Source of the DNA: Lobosporangium transversale
Taxonomy: Eukaryota
Length of the DNA: 51,510 nt
Reading direction: 5' to 3'
NCBI RefSeq assembly: GCF_002105155.1
Contig: NW_019028980.1
Location: forward strand, 1,736,001-1,787,510
Shown: in pieces, positions 34,056-46,821 of the stretch
Layout: each line of letters begins with the position of its first letter
Numbering within the stretch: the stretch's first letter is position 1
Notes under the pieces: model-generated
The model's input: the letters and a program-made list of their open reading frames with translations, nothing else
Told to the model about the DNA's origin: nothing
Database searches by the model: none
Translations under genes and position numbers: made by a program

Positions 34056-36129
34056 CAGTATGATTGAAAAACTAGGGGAAAATCTTGGGAAGGTCACGGA
34101 TACTGTATCGGTTTTAGAATTAACAGAATGGACACCATTCTTTGATTTTTTCCCGGTTCAAGTCGCAGAAATCTTAGGAAATTGAATGCAGACATTAATG
34201 CTCATCAGCCCATGCCTAAAGAAGTGTACCTAGAGGTACAAGATGGAGACAATCAGTCTGGATTCGTCCATAGTCCGGTTGTAGGTGGGGTGCAAGCGTG
34301 GTCACATAATTGCGATTGCAAGAAAAAGAAAGAAGAGGAAAAGCCCAAAGCTGGGAATGTCCTACCACTCTTTGGAGGCATATATTCACAACCAGACCCC
34401 GAGCCATTTCGCAACTTTTTCATGGACTTCTCTCAATTGCCGAATTTTCCGACCCGCCGACTTTCGGTATCACCGGATGCACCTATAATCCCGCCATTTA
34501 TTCCAGCTTCACCTGGATGTGCTCCATCCCAACTTCTTCGTCGTCAAGCTTCCATTCCAAGGCTGCGATGGACAACTGTCCGCTATGGATAATAAATTTG
34601 GTCAAAAAGAATCCCAAACATTGAAATGATATGGATCCACTTAACATTTAGCTTAGAGACACCTTAATTCATTTTGAAAGAGGACGATTGATATAAATGT
34701 TTGATTTTTTTTTTTATATATATATATGCAAATGTATCACTGTTACTGCGGCATTGGTAATAACGTGTAATTATCATTTATTCAGTATTGGGGGCAAGTT
34801 TTGAAAAATTCAACCCTGTCTGTTGTCCATGCCTCCTAGATGATGCGGCTACGATTTTGTAGGGCGTACTTTTTCCTGGAGGCAGAAATGTTAAGTTAAA
34901 GTCGCTAAAATAATATAGCAGGCAGGTTTTGTATGCCCCATAACCATAAATATGCCAATGTCAGCCTGCTTGATCTCCAATTAGAGTCAGTATCTGGTGA
35001 ATATTGCTGCTTCTACACTGAGATCACCCATCAGCTTATTTTTCTTAAGAACCATCTCTGTAGAGCCTGATAGTAAATAAAACTATCATTTACATCATTA
35101 TCGCGTATGGCTCAAGCTGGTCATGGGTTCATTTTTGGAGGAAGCTGGCTGCTTGTTCGTGGCCATCAAACGGAACACAAATGGTTGATGACAAACGCAA
35201 TCTTTGAAAGGTTGCAGCGATGTAAAAGCGCAATTCCTGGACGAAACACTGGCCTATAGAGATGAATATAGCTTGTATTTCAGGAATTTGGTAAATATAG
35301 GCAATGCAAAGGTGAAAACATATAATCTGACTTACATGAGAAACGTGACACCAGCACTTGAACAACAGACGAGCAACTAAACCATGCAGCAGGCACTTCA
35401 AAGGAAAGTATCAAGCAATTGTCAATCTCATCGGCAAGCCGCTAACTAAAAAACAAGACGTCTGCATCACTGCCCTCATGAAGAGAAAAGACATTCTGCA
35501 GGGCTTGTTCCTTGTCTGGCTTTGAGATGGCTTGTAATCTACACAGAGCCTCGCTGAAGAGACAATGCATTCCACAGCTGTTTCCTCGGTCTCATGAGAA
35601 TATTGCAGCCAAGCCTATACTGGATGACTAGATTCAAAGCTTTAATATAAAACGTAATCAATTCGCCCATACCGGGACACAAGTAAATACAAACGTCATC
35701 AGCCATGTTTAGCATTTCTAATTACATTGATATCATTAAGATCGTCTGACAAATACAACAAGCACTAGAGAGGCATCAATCAGGTTTTTTTTTCGTTGGT
35801 ATGGGTAGAGAGAGGATTGTGATGATTGTGATTGGATGAGAACTGTTTATATTGTGTTATATACGTCATCGAAACGACTGACCGTGTATGCTACTGTATA
35901 ATGGATAGCGAAGACGACAAAGGAAGTCTTACGCTCATTATCCGTACCAGCGACCCTTTCCTGCCCCGCCCACGGCCACCCAAGGAGCATACGATTCTTA
36001 GCGGTCGAAAAAGAAAGATGTAGTACCAGATCAGCCAGCAGAGAGAATTTAAAAAAAAAAAAAAAAAAAAAAAAGTTTATTTTTAGTTTAAGGGTAGTTC
36101 TGTAGCTCGAGATTTATTAAAGAGAAAGA

Positions 36130-37677
36130 TTACACAGGAAAGGGTCGCTGGACTATGAAGGATAACGTCCTATTTATTGACTCGTGGACTCGTGTTCTGA
36201 AGGCGACCATAAGCCTAATCACTTTTCCAAGTTCCTTCATATTCTGGGGGTTCTTCGGGATTGTTCCATGGCCTACCTGATACACCAAAACAATTTTGCC
36301 CTCGAAACGTGCTTCCAGGAAAGTAACTTCATCCAAACCAAAGAATACGCCGAACGAGCGAAAGTTCAAATGATTACCCTTGAAAAACTTTCGCATACGC
36401 ACAAGTGCCTGTCCCATTGTAATCTCAAGTTTGCGAATATCTGAATCTTTGGAGCTCTGGTGGTTGTTCTTCTTCACTTCAACGGTCATCATGGCTATAA
36501 TCAGACCATTCCGAAGACCCATCTTTATATTGAGGATATAGTCATGCGTCATATCTCTTTCCTTCCTCTCCTGCACTCGCTCCTCCCCCCTCTCCTCCTC
36601 TCCCTGCGACGAACCAGTCTCTTGCTTCGCACTGCCTTTGGGGTGAGGCTTTGCCTCAGTAAAAACCAGCCTAGCACCCTCGATATCCCGAAAGCAAGCC
36701 AGCAAAGGAGTGGAAATAAGGGAAGTAACCCAGCCCTCCAAATTTCCCAGAGGCCTTTCGAGTTCGTTATTTTCCCAAAGCCAATTCCTGATTCAGACAT
36801 TACGGACAAATTAATAAACTAGTCGCATTTATGAAGGATTTTGTTGACCAACAGCTTAGGACATTCATTCACTTACAGATGACAGTATACGCTTCAGACG
36901 TATCTAGCCGTCCTTTGTTCAGGTGTGGCTGGTTTAATACACCGCATCTTTGGAGACATTTCCATGTCGATCATGAACACGGCCTCGACGCTCGTGCAAC
37001 AATCAAAGTTATTTGTCCATCGAGCTGCTTTAGAATATTGGTCATCCTCAATAAGCCTGACACCTTGAACCACTTTTTTAAGGTTGGCTTTGTGTTCGCT
37101 TGTTAGAGACCTGTTGTACTCGAACCTATATGCATTAAATTGCTTATATTGCACACCGTCAAATACTAGCATTTCTGCAAAGTCCTGCCAGCTGTTATCG
37201 GACTCTTGGTCATCTATCCTCACTCTCTTATTTTGACCATCGTCCTTATTTTAACCAGGGATATATAAAGCAGGGTCAGTAAGAAAGTGATGTATTCAGT
37301 TACTACCATGAATAATGACTTAACAGGAGATCTTAGCCCGCATAGAAAAGCTGTCAGCGCTTTACCTGGTTACTGTTAGAGGGCTCCGCCGCTCTGGTAC
37401 CATTGAAATATTCACGGCATTCTTCGGTATCATTGATTTGCTCAAGCAGCTTTCTACACGCCGTAGTCACTGCTTGGGGAGTCAATCTATCGTGGATGAT
37501 CTTCTTAATGCCATCCTCCCAGAGTGCCACCGCCGTATCAAGGTCCGAGGATACGCTGCGAGTTTTGCAGAAGTCCAACAAAGCCCAATTTCTGAGTATA
37601 TTGGTTCTAAAGAATGAATCAACCTCCAGATGCGCAGGCGCGCTCCAAAGCAAAGCGTAACGAGAGCTAGTGTCCAT
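36130..37677 (-). pseudogene. Intron-containing cargo pseudogene with a putative C-terminal PD-(D/E)xK-like nuclease domain
   Basis: Exon 37677-37366 splices in phase to 37244. In-frame TGA codons at 36896 and ~36795 and a probable second intron at ~36878-36819. The C-terminal ORF has EGW...HDYIL...MTVEVKK...D..KL, resembling a restriction-endonuclease-fold motif. Confidence 0.55.
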
Positions 37678-39320
37678 GTTGTGAAGATGCGGAGAGGAAA
37701 TTGGATATGCTGAGAAATTCTAGAATGTGTTATAAAGTGTGAAGAGAGTTTTCAGATTAGAGGATCAAAATGTGTTGGGAACGTTGACATTCTTGCTTGA
37801 AACGAGTTGCTTTTATACTTGTCTTCGTTCCAAGCAAGCTTATAAGGAAGAAATTTCTGAAAATGCTCTCAGCTATCATTGAAAGTATAAATATACTACG
37901 ATGGTGAATTGCTTCGGTGGCGTCTCACTACGTGACGAACTTGCAACAAGACCTGCAACAAGCGAACGAATTGGCTGCCAATACACTCGAGAGTACTCAA
38001 AAAATATAAGAGATCGCGACCAAATGAAATGGATTATGCTTGATGTGGGCTCGCCAGAACATTTTGCTGTGCCTCTTTCTGCACCAAGTTGTAGCAAGAA
38101 GAGGCAAACCAAAATAAAAAACATCCCAATGAGGCCACATCAAGCATAAACTATACATTCAAGGCACTACTTGGAGAGGGAAGTTTTAGAGGCGGGTTGA
38201 CAGATAATTACATTCCCTAAGAGCCCTTGACTTTTTAAATATTTGGTCAATGATTCAGCTAAATCAATTCAACCATCGTTTTTGACCAAACAAGCCAGAG
38301 TATACATTTCTACATGTAATTATTGAATTGTTTTGGTCGGCTCAGACTTTTGAAACTTAAATGAGTTGGTGGCCAAAACTAGCCACACATTTAATACTCA
38401 AATCCCATTCAATGTGGCGCGCTTTTTTCTGGGGGCAATTCAATCAAATTATTTTTATAATATGTACATAGGACAACATGTATTTCTATGTTATGTAAAG
38501 TTTTGCGCCCCTACAAAGAGCTCCTAGTTTCATTAAAAACTTTATCAAAGGAATCCTCATGGCAAAGTTGGAGAATCCGCGAGTTTGAATTCAGTTGCAT
38601 CCAAGCTGACAACTGCTGGTCCCGATGATTCTTGAAAGAACCTAGTCACGGGATTGGAAATGATGACTGTACCTCGAATAATGTATTACCCAATCCATGT
38701 GGCACTGGCTGCCTGTATGTGGATCCTGCCGTTCATATACGGGCTTTTCTTTCGTTGACCATGTATCCAGTAACAGAGAGCTTTCTCTAAAGTCGGGCTA
38801 TTGCGATCAACGATATAATGTGAATCTCGGAATATCTTGAATGCAATACGCATTTTATTTTCATTATTAAAATAAAACCCTGTCGAGTGCCATATTGCCT
38901 TGGAAGGTTTGGCTGTAAAGCAACACTTCCTTTGCTCAGGATAATGAAAGATATCTAATCTAACTTAATATTCTTTCCCAGAGGGCGGGAGGCCTACATA
39001 GCATCGAATTCTCTCCTTAGTAAGATGATCCTCCGACAGAAATCAAACTTTCAGTATGGCCTTGAGCGATATTCTACGTTTTATTAATGGACCAAAGGCT
39101 TTTACTAGAAAAGCGGAAGCTTTTTCGGTATTTTGTTTATAAGATATTTATTTAAAAGTAAGAAACAAAGAGAGAAGGATGAGAAGGAAGTGAAAGGTGA
39201 AAAGGGAGAAAGGAGAAAGTACTGCAGTAAAATTGACTTTGAAGTAAAGAAAGGTGCTAGTAATCGGAGGAGCCAGGACAAAAAAAGGAAAACAAAGATA
39301 ATTTTTGTCTTCGCAACTGC

Positions 39321-41600
39321 CTATAGACTCTCATCCTCTACGTTCTCGTCATCTGCACCCTCGTCATTGAGACGGTTGGCACCTCCTGAGATCAATTTTA
39401 ACATTCCTTCTATAAAGAGGTTTCTGACAGGTTGTATACCTGAAATGATGCCTTGAGGTGACTGGTGCTCGAGAATGCCTAAACGCCGTATTTCATTTAT
39501 GACAAGAACTATATCGCTTTCCTTGGATACCTCAGAATGAAAATAGCTGTCGAAGGATAGGTCAAATTCAGAATCGATCCTCGTGTCGACCTCCGCGAAC
39601 AAATGCGCATTCATTGAAATTGATTTCGCAAGGTAATTCCAGCTCATATTACTACCTGTAGCTGCATGAACAGATTTGATTAGACGGTTTGTATGTTCCT
39701 GAAACATGTCTGTTGGAATCCATCCATCATTTCTACCAGAGGTGTTAACTAACCACGAACGCATAACGGCTCTTTTGACCTTAGGTGCCCAAAGCCGTCG
39801 AATCCCATATGTCAGTTTCAAGAGCTCTTTTCCATAGTTCTTTGTACCTTTCGCTTGAAACATGATAGTAATCGAACTCAGCACTCGCTCGATACGTCCA
39901 ATGTCTCCTTCCTTAATAGCCGCACATAACTCAAGGTAAAATACCATATCCCTAATGAATTGGAACACATTTCTTGCCCCAACCCAAAGATTTTCTGAAC
40001 TCCTTGGATCTGTCAGAGTTTGTTCACAAACATAATCTAATCCAGATCGAACAAGGTGGTCCATTTCATGCACACACCTTTCCTTGAATTGACGTTGGCT
40101 ACCTCCACCTCCTTCAGTCTCAGCCTCAGGCACGCTCTCTGCTGTAAAGGGCCGCCTACCATCAGACAGATCTTCGGCATTCAAATGCCGCATCCAAAGC
40201 GTTCTGACCATTGCATCAAAAACAATCCGAAGGAACTCATCCAGGGTGCGATAATCTTGTGATTGAAACGCCAAGCGTCTTCGATCTAAACAAGCCACAA
40301 AATGCGCCAACGAACCTTCGGTAGACTGAGATCCATAATGTGCCTTAAATATGGTGGATGCAAGATTCATCTGAAGATGGAATAGTTGCATCGCTGGAAG
40401 TGCCCACTCCAAACGATCGAACCTGGTGATATCCGTCATGCGCCACTCTTGAGCGGAGTTTATACGAGAGATAGTACGCTGGTCGCCTCCGACGATGACC
40501 AACTTACCCTCAAACCAGCTCCTTTCCAGTTTAAGCATCTTCACACAAACCGTCTCTACAATCTCGATGTTCCCCGCGGTCGAGGATTGATCTATGTTCA
40601 TCGTTGGTAATGGAAACGTTACTGATGGCCTTACTTCGAGGACGTCGATTTTGTTCATATGAACTGCTTGCTGGCGAAACTTGTCCGAATAGCGCTGCAA
40701 GACCTCAGAGATATGAAAATGATGCATGGCTTTCAGATGATTGTTATCCGGTATCAGCTCATGCAGTTTAAGGGGAGTGTTATCATATATCGTCGAGGAA
40801 AGCTCATCAAGCTGCTCATCTATGATGATTGTCGCTGTCATACCGCTCTCGAATGTGTCTTGATTGTCCTTTCGTTGATCCTCTTTCCGGTTTGCGATAT
40901 TGATATTGTCGTATACCAACATCCATGGATTATTGAGAACTTGTTCACGAACGGTCTCCAAGGCAACTTTGGTCAAATACTTGAGCATGTTTGACGTTGT
41001 ATCATAAGAGACGCACACGCAAGCGGATGAGAGCATCCTGATAGTCCTCTTACTGCACCCATTTCCACGGAAGAAAAGCCCTAAAAATGTCTGCAATAAA
41101 TTTGCCTGCTGATTCTTATGGAACATCAGCATACTTGCGATAAATGGTACTAGATCCCTCGCTGCCGCGACGAGCGCCCATTGCTGCTGGAAAAACCTGC
41201 CAACGTCGACGTCAAAATCGGTGCATGCTCTTTCAAAACCTCGGTCATGCGACCAAATAAGAAACATTTGAAAAAATCAGGAGTAAGTCCTTCCTCCGGA
41301 CAATGAAAACATTTCTTTGTAGACATTTGTTGCATTTCCTTCGCGACGTGTTCAGTAACAATCTCCATTGCCGACCAGACAAAAGATCCATCCCTTGAGA
41401 CAGTCCTGTTAGATTTCCAAAGGCCCATCACCCTCGCTGGACCACCTTTGCTTTCGAATAAGCCAACCCTGTGCTTGACGAAGGGATCGTTTGAGTTGAA
41501 CGCTAACTCAAGGAAAGTCGACAGTGACATCTTTTCATTATTTAGTATCTGGAAGATCTCGCGAACAGCTTTCCCGCGCTTTTTATCGTTTGAAGAGTTT
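39321..41600 (-). pseudogene. DUF6589/Academ-type DDE transposase, one frameshift near 41155; 5' end approximate
   Basis: ~610-aa open core with LVYDNIN, VGGDQRT, QLFHLQMN, GDIGR, KNYGKEL, WLVN.SG and PTDMFQEH (candidate D-D-E). The N-terminal segment (..EKMSLSTFLELAF..EHAPIL) is in another frame. Confidence 0.82.
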
Positions 41601-41731
41601 TCGTTGATAAAGTCATGAAAAACATGTTTGATGGTCTATTTTCTAACATAGAAAGAGATCGGTTTAGTTACCTCTTGTTTAAAGCCTGAAACCTTATCAA
41701 CGATTGACGAAGTACATCCGGTTTAACATTT

Positions 41732-42038
41732 ACCTGAGATTGAGACTTGAGATAAATATCAAGTGAGGATTTGGAAGAAGTGAAGAGCTTTTGCTGAGGA
41801 AATTAGGGGATAGGGAAGTAAGTGAAGGTAAGATGTGGGTTTGACATACCATGCCCATGGGTATTTATTCATTTTTCGTCCAGGGGCTTCCAAGGGATGC
41901 TTAATGAACGCTGAAATGGCAGAAGGTGGGATTATATGAGATTTCGATTCTGATCATTGATGATAGGCTGTCGTTATTGTTGCCCTTTTTTTTTTTTTGT
42001 TATGTTTCTTTTCTTATACTTTTTATATTTTCTTTTTT
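41732..42038 (-). repeat. Right terminal inverted repeat of the AcademH-like element
   Basis: Reverse complement of 32261-32562. Confidence 0.93.
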
Positions 42039-42096
42039 CTTGTTTCCTTCTTTATTATTATTTTTCTTTTTTTTTTTTTTTATTATTTTCTTTGTC

Positions 42097-45000
42097 ACAC
42101 CGCCGCCGCCCGCATTTCCATCATTACTCGATCGTATACAGGGTAAGCCTGATATCGAGAAGAGCCTGCGCCTACTCAAGCGTCAGCGGATGGAGACTAG
42201 AGAGGACCGGGGCTTTTATATCCAGCAGTATGCCAAAGCAAGTCCTCAAGCAAGTGATGGCAATCTGTTTTTGCTGATGGACAAGGTGAAAAAATTCCTG
42301 GACAGCGACCAGAAAGTGCTACTTGTGCAAGGTGATTCAGGGGCAGGCAAGTCGACATTCAACCACGCTCTTGAATCCACTCTGTGGGAAGTGTATCAAA
42401 AGAAACATGGTCGGATCCCATTGCTCATCAATCTACCATTAATCGATAATCCTGCAAAGGACATGATCGTAAAGCAGCTGCAAACATACGGCTTCACAGG
42501 GGCACAGATTAAGGAGCTGAAGAAGACACGGTCATTCCTCTTGCTTTGTGATGGATACGATGAGACCATGCAGACCAACAACCTGTATGTCGCCAACCGT
42601 CTTAACCAACCTGGCGAATGGATGTGTTAGATGGTGATCAATTGTCGTAGTGAGTACCTTGGAGTAGACTATCGGGATCGCTTCCAGCCTATGGACCGTA
42701 ACCACCAAGCAGATTCTGGATTATTCCAGGAAGCTATGATTGCACCATTTTCTGAGGCTCAGATCGATGAGTACACTGAACAATATGTCAGTGTCATGGA
42801 CCTAATGTGGAGCGTGGATGACTATCAGCGAGCGTTTGCGGTAGTCCCTAGTCTGCGCGATCTTGTGAAGAATCCATTCATACTCTCACTCTCGTTGGAA
42901 GTGTTGCCGCGGATGGTAGATCCGCATCAAGATAGCACTAAAACTCTGATCAAGCGCATCACACTGTATGACAAATTTGTTGAGCTGTGGCTCGAGCGAG
43001 GCAAGAAGCGACTAAGCGAGATAGTAGTATCAGAGGATAAGAGGATGTTCCGGACATTGTGTGATGAAGGGTTTGCACTGAATGGGATCAGATATTTGGC
43101 AGATCTGGCTGTGGCAATCTACAAACACCAAGATGGCAATCCGGTGGTGGAATACACCCCATCCAAGGACAAGGGTACATGGAAAGAGGAGCACTTTAGC
43201 AGGGAGAGCAGGAAGAACCTCCTCCGAGAAGCATCACCTCTGAACCGCACAGGTAGCCAATATCGGTTTGTCCATCGGTCTATACTGGAGTACTGTGTAG
43301 TGCGAGCGATGTTCGAGCCACAGAAAGAGATGAGGGTGATTGCAAGTGATAGAGAAGCGCCAGCGGCACCAAGTTGTCGTAGAGGGAGTACCAGCTCCGT
43401 ATACAGTTTTGAGGCGGAAGGGGGCAATATGGTTGAGCAAGATAATGATTCAATGGATCCTGATGAAGCCTCACCATTAGTGTGGAGAAGCTTTGTAAAC
43501 GAGCCATCTATTCTCCAGTTCCTTGTAGACCGTATCCAACTGGAAGCAAAGTTCAAAAAGCAATTGTATGAGTATGTAGAACTCTCAAAGAGCGATAGCA
43601 AGTGGCGAACAGCAGCAGCCAATGCAATGACAATCTTGGTTCGAGCAAGAGAATCCTTCATCGGAGCAGACTTACGAGGCATCCAGATCCCAGGAACCGA
43701 CCTTAGCCATGGGCTTATAGATTGAGGAGCCCCACGAGCCTTTTCAGCGCCGTAGTATACTCGCCAAGTGGTGGTCATCTCGCCACAACTAGCGTGGATG
43801 GGTCAGTGCATGTGTGGGAAGCCAGATCTGGCATGGGAACAGATTGCAAGTGGAGGTAAAGACAAGACAGTACAGCTATGGGATGCTGCATCAGGAGAAT
43901 TAATACAGGAGCTTCAGGACTGTGAGTCCGAAGTTGAACGAATCATATATTCGCCTGACAGTCAGGAATTCATCATTTATGACGACAATTCCCACTTGCT
44001 GAGCGTGTGGGATGCTTGGTCTGAGCAGAGGGTTTGGCTCTTGGAGCATAAGAAGCCTGTCAGGGGTGTCCAATACTCTCCTTGTGGGAAATTCGCCACT
44101 TCACTTACCACGTTCAGGGCATATCAGTGGAACATGCAGACAAGAGAGGTCATCCATACTATTATAGGCAATTCTGGTTTTGGCTATGAAATAAGATATT
44201 CACCAAATGGGGAACAGATAGCCATTTGTTGTTACGGCAGAAGAGTGCAACTTTGGGATACCCAATCCGGACAACTGATCAACCCATTACATGGCCACAC
44301 TAATTTTGTATTCCGTATAGCATATTCACCCAATGGCCACCAGATTGCGTCGTTTAGCCGAGATGGAACGATACGTCTGTGGGACACACAATCACAACAG
44401 TCTAGCCATGGCTCATATGGGTATACAGAACCAGTCTTCCGAGCAAAGTTTTTAGGGGATGGACAACATATCGCATCATTCAGTTTGGATTATACAGTTC
44501 GTGTGTTGGACAGTCGAACAGGGAAATGTATCCATACTTTACAACAGTCTACATGGGACATCAGGTATTCATCTGATGGTCAGCTTGCCTATCGTGGCAA
44601 AGGGAATGACCCATACATTTACCTTTTGGATACTCAATCAGGCAAGGTTGCTCATGCTGTGAAACCACCAAATTCGGGTGATAGCATCAGCGGCTTTGTT
44701 ATTTCATCCATTGACCATCAAATTGCCTGTTGCTACTCTAATGGAGATGTGAGTATGTGGAACACGCAAACGGGACAACTCATACGCACTCTACAAGGAA
44801 ATGGCAGTAGAATGAAGCAAATGTTATTCTCGCCTAATGGCCGCCAAATTGCTTTATATGATGAAGACAAGAGGATCAGAGTCTGGGCGACACATTCAGG
44901 AGATCCACTGTATGAGTTAGAGGATCTGGACTTGACTGCCTTGTTTGGCGAGAAATATTGCGTTTACTCACATGATAGCCAGAAGATAGCATTCATCCAG

Positions 45001-45720
45001 GACAAAAAGGTGCAGCTACGGACTGCAGATACAGGAGAGATCTATTTCGAAATAGATTTCAAGGAGGCTCAGAGAGTGATTGCATTTTCACCATCCAGTC
45101 GACAGATGGTTGTTGGAAGTGATGAAGGGAAAATCAGTGTAGTGGATACTGAATCAGGGAACGTGTTACATGTACTTGAAGGCCACACTGAGAGTATACA
45201 TGACATGTCTTTTTCTTGTGATGGCCAGTATATTGCCTCTGCCAGCATGGATATGGCTATACGACTGTGGGATGCAGAGTCAGCCAAGTGCCTAATAGTA
45301 TCCCATTTGTCGGGACATATGTTTGAACTCTTGACTGGAATGTTTCTGAAGAAGGTTACTTTCTAGCACTGGCTCTGTTCGTATGTGGCAGATCAGCAAA
45401 GAGGAGGATGGCCAGTGTTATGCCCGCCTGAGATGGAGCACGGAGCCAACAGGTCTTCATGCTAGCAGTGCAAGGATTCAAGGTGTTTCTGGCTTGAGTG
45501 AAACGAATAGAAAACTGTTGGAGCAACATGGAGCTGTTGGCAATATAATACAGTGTTCGATCTTCCAAGAGGCAGGTCAGGAGAAGACAATGAGCTCCGC
45601 ATCAACCAAGTTTAAAATACCAGAAAGCGATGGTTTGGATACAAACGCAATGAATAGTAATCCCAGAACAAGACCATTGATTGCTAAAAGTAAAGTTGCT
45701 AAAGGGCATCGATTCGTTTG
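42097..45720 (+). pseudogene. NACHT-pentapeptide-WD40 NLR-like gene, N-terminally truncated and disrupted; 3' end approximate
   Basis: Walker A GDSGAGKS, Walker B LLLCDGYDE, winged-helix YRFVHRS, AAANAMTILVRA, pentapeptide FIGADLRGIQIPGTDLS and ~10 WD40 repeats (GHTNFVFRIAYSPNGHQIASFSRDGTIRLWD). Lesions: in-frame TAG at 42628-30 and frameshifts at ~43720-43830 and ~45330-45380. Confidence 0.9.
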
Positions 45721-46462
45721 CAGCAAATGTAGTGAATGTAGCGAGTATGAGCCTGTGCATTTTATTCTGAACTGCAGTTCTACTAGTCAGCATTATTGGA
45801 AGGAGAGTATCCACGTGGATTTAGCACAGCGAACATCCCAATTTTTCTTTTTTCCTTGTTCTCTTAATAAAGGGTTAATGGATCAACCTGTTAGGAGGCA
45901 TTTCCTGGTCGTGTTGCCATGCCTTAACCGGCCATACAAACATCTCATGAAATGTTTTTTCTTTGTACTCCCCCAAATGGACAGAATAATTAAAAGCCTG
46001 GTGTGTGTGTGTGTATGTGTCCCTGCAAGCTATGATGCACATATTGTAATACTTGTCATTAATTCCCCTCTTTTACTCTATTTGCTGAAATGCAGAGAAT
46101 TGTCGTTTGTAACAGAATCATTTCTAGAATTGAATAGCGCGTTCCAACTTGATCTGATGTGGATGGATATTTAGTAAATTAAAGAAATTCTGGACCTGAA
46201 TCCCCCTTTGTTTTTTTTTTTTTTTAATTTCTTTCTTCAGGACCGATGAATACTTGGAATCTATGACAAATTCTTGTTATCATGCGGCATAATGAATATC
46301 TGTAGAGAAGTAGAGAATGTACACATATATATAAAGCATTTTCTTTTTTTTTACCAACACCTCTTCTTTATTATAATAATATTAATAATATTAATTTTTT
46401 TTTTTTTTTTTTTTTGTAAAGAAACTCAAAGACCTTCCTTTTAAAAAAAAAAAAAAAAAAAA

Positions 46463-46711
46463 ATGGTTTCGTCCTTGCTAAGCTTTATAGCTTTGAGTCT
46501 TATCCTCTTAATATTCCCTTCACCAAGTTCTTCAGCAAATGTAAAACCGGCGATTACTACAGATGGTATGGCCATTATCAAAAGTGCGAGCTTTATTGAG
46601 CCGCTCCTACACCGAGTTGATCTTGAAAAAGCCAAGGCACAGAAAAGAGACAGTATCTTTGTTGAAGATAGAAATAATGATGGAAAAAGGAACTGCAGTT
46701 CTTTTTTATTC

Positions 46712-46756
<45 letters not shown>

Positions 46757-46768
46757 TTGTCTATAGTA

Positions 46769-46821
<53 letters not shown>

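Larger units (their letters stand above)
32117..42090. mobile_element. Decayed AcademH-like DNA transposon (~10 kb): long TIRs, convergent RecQ-like helicase and DUF6589/Academ-type transposase, internal cargo
   Basis: ~300-bp near-identical inverted repeats bracket both genes. Outer boundaries are approximate: the left terminus is guessed at TAGGCTCGACCC (32117), the right tip appears lost, and no TSD was found. Confidence 0.75.

Noticed and set aside
42628..42630. In-frame TAG joining two NACHT ORFs as programmed readthrough or recoding
   Set aside because: The same gene has at least two frameshifts and lacks its N-terminus; an ordinary nonsense mutation is simpler.
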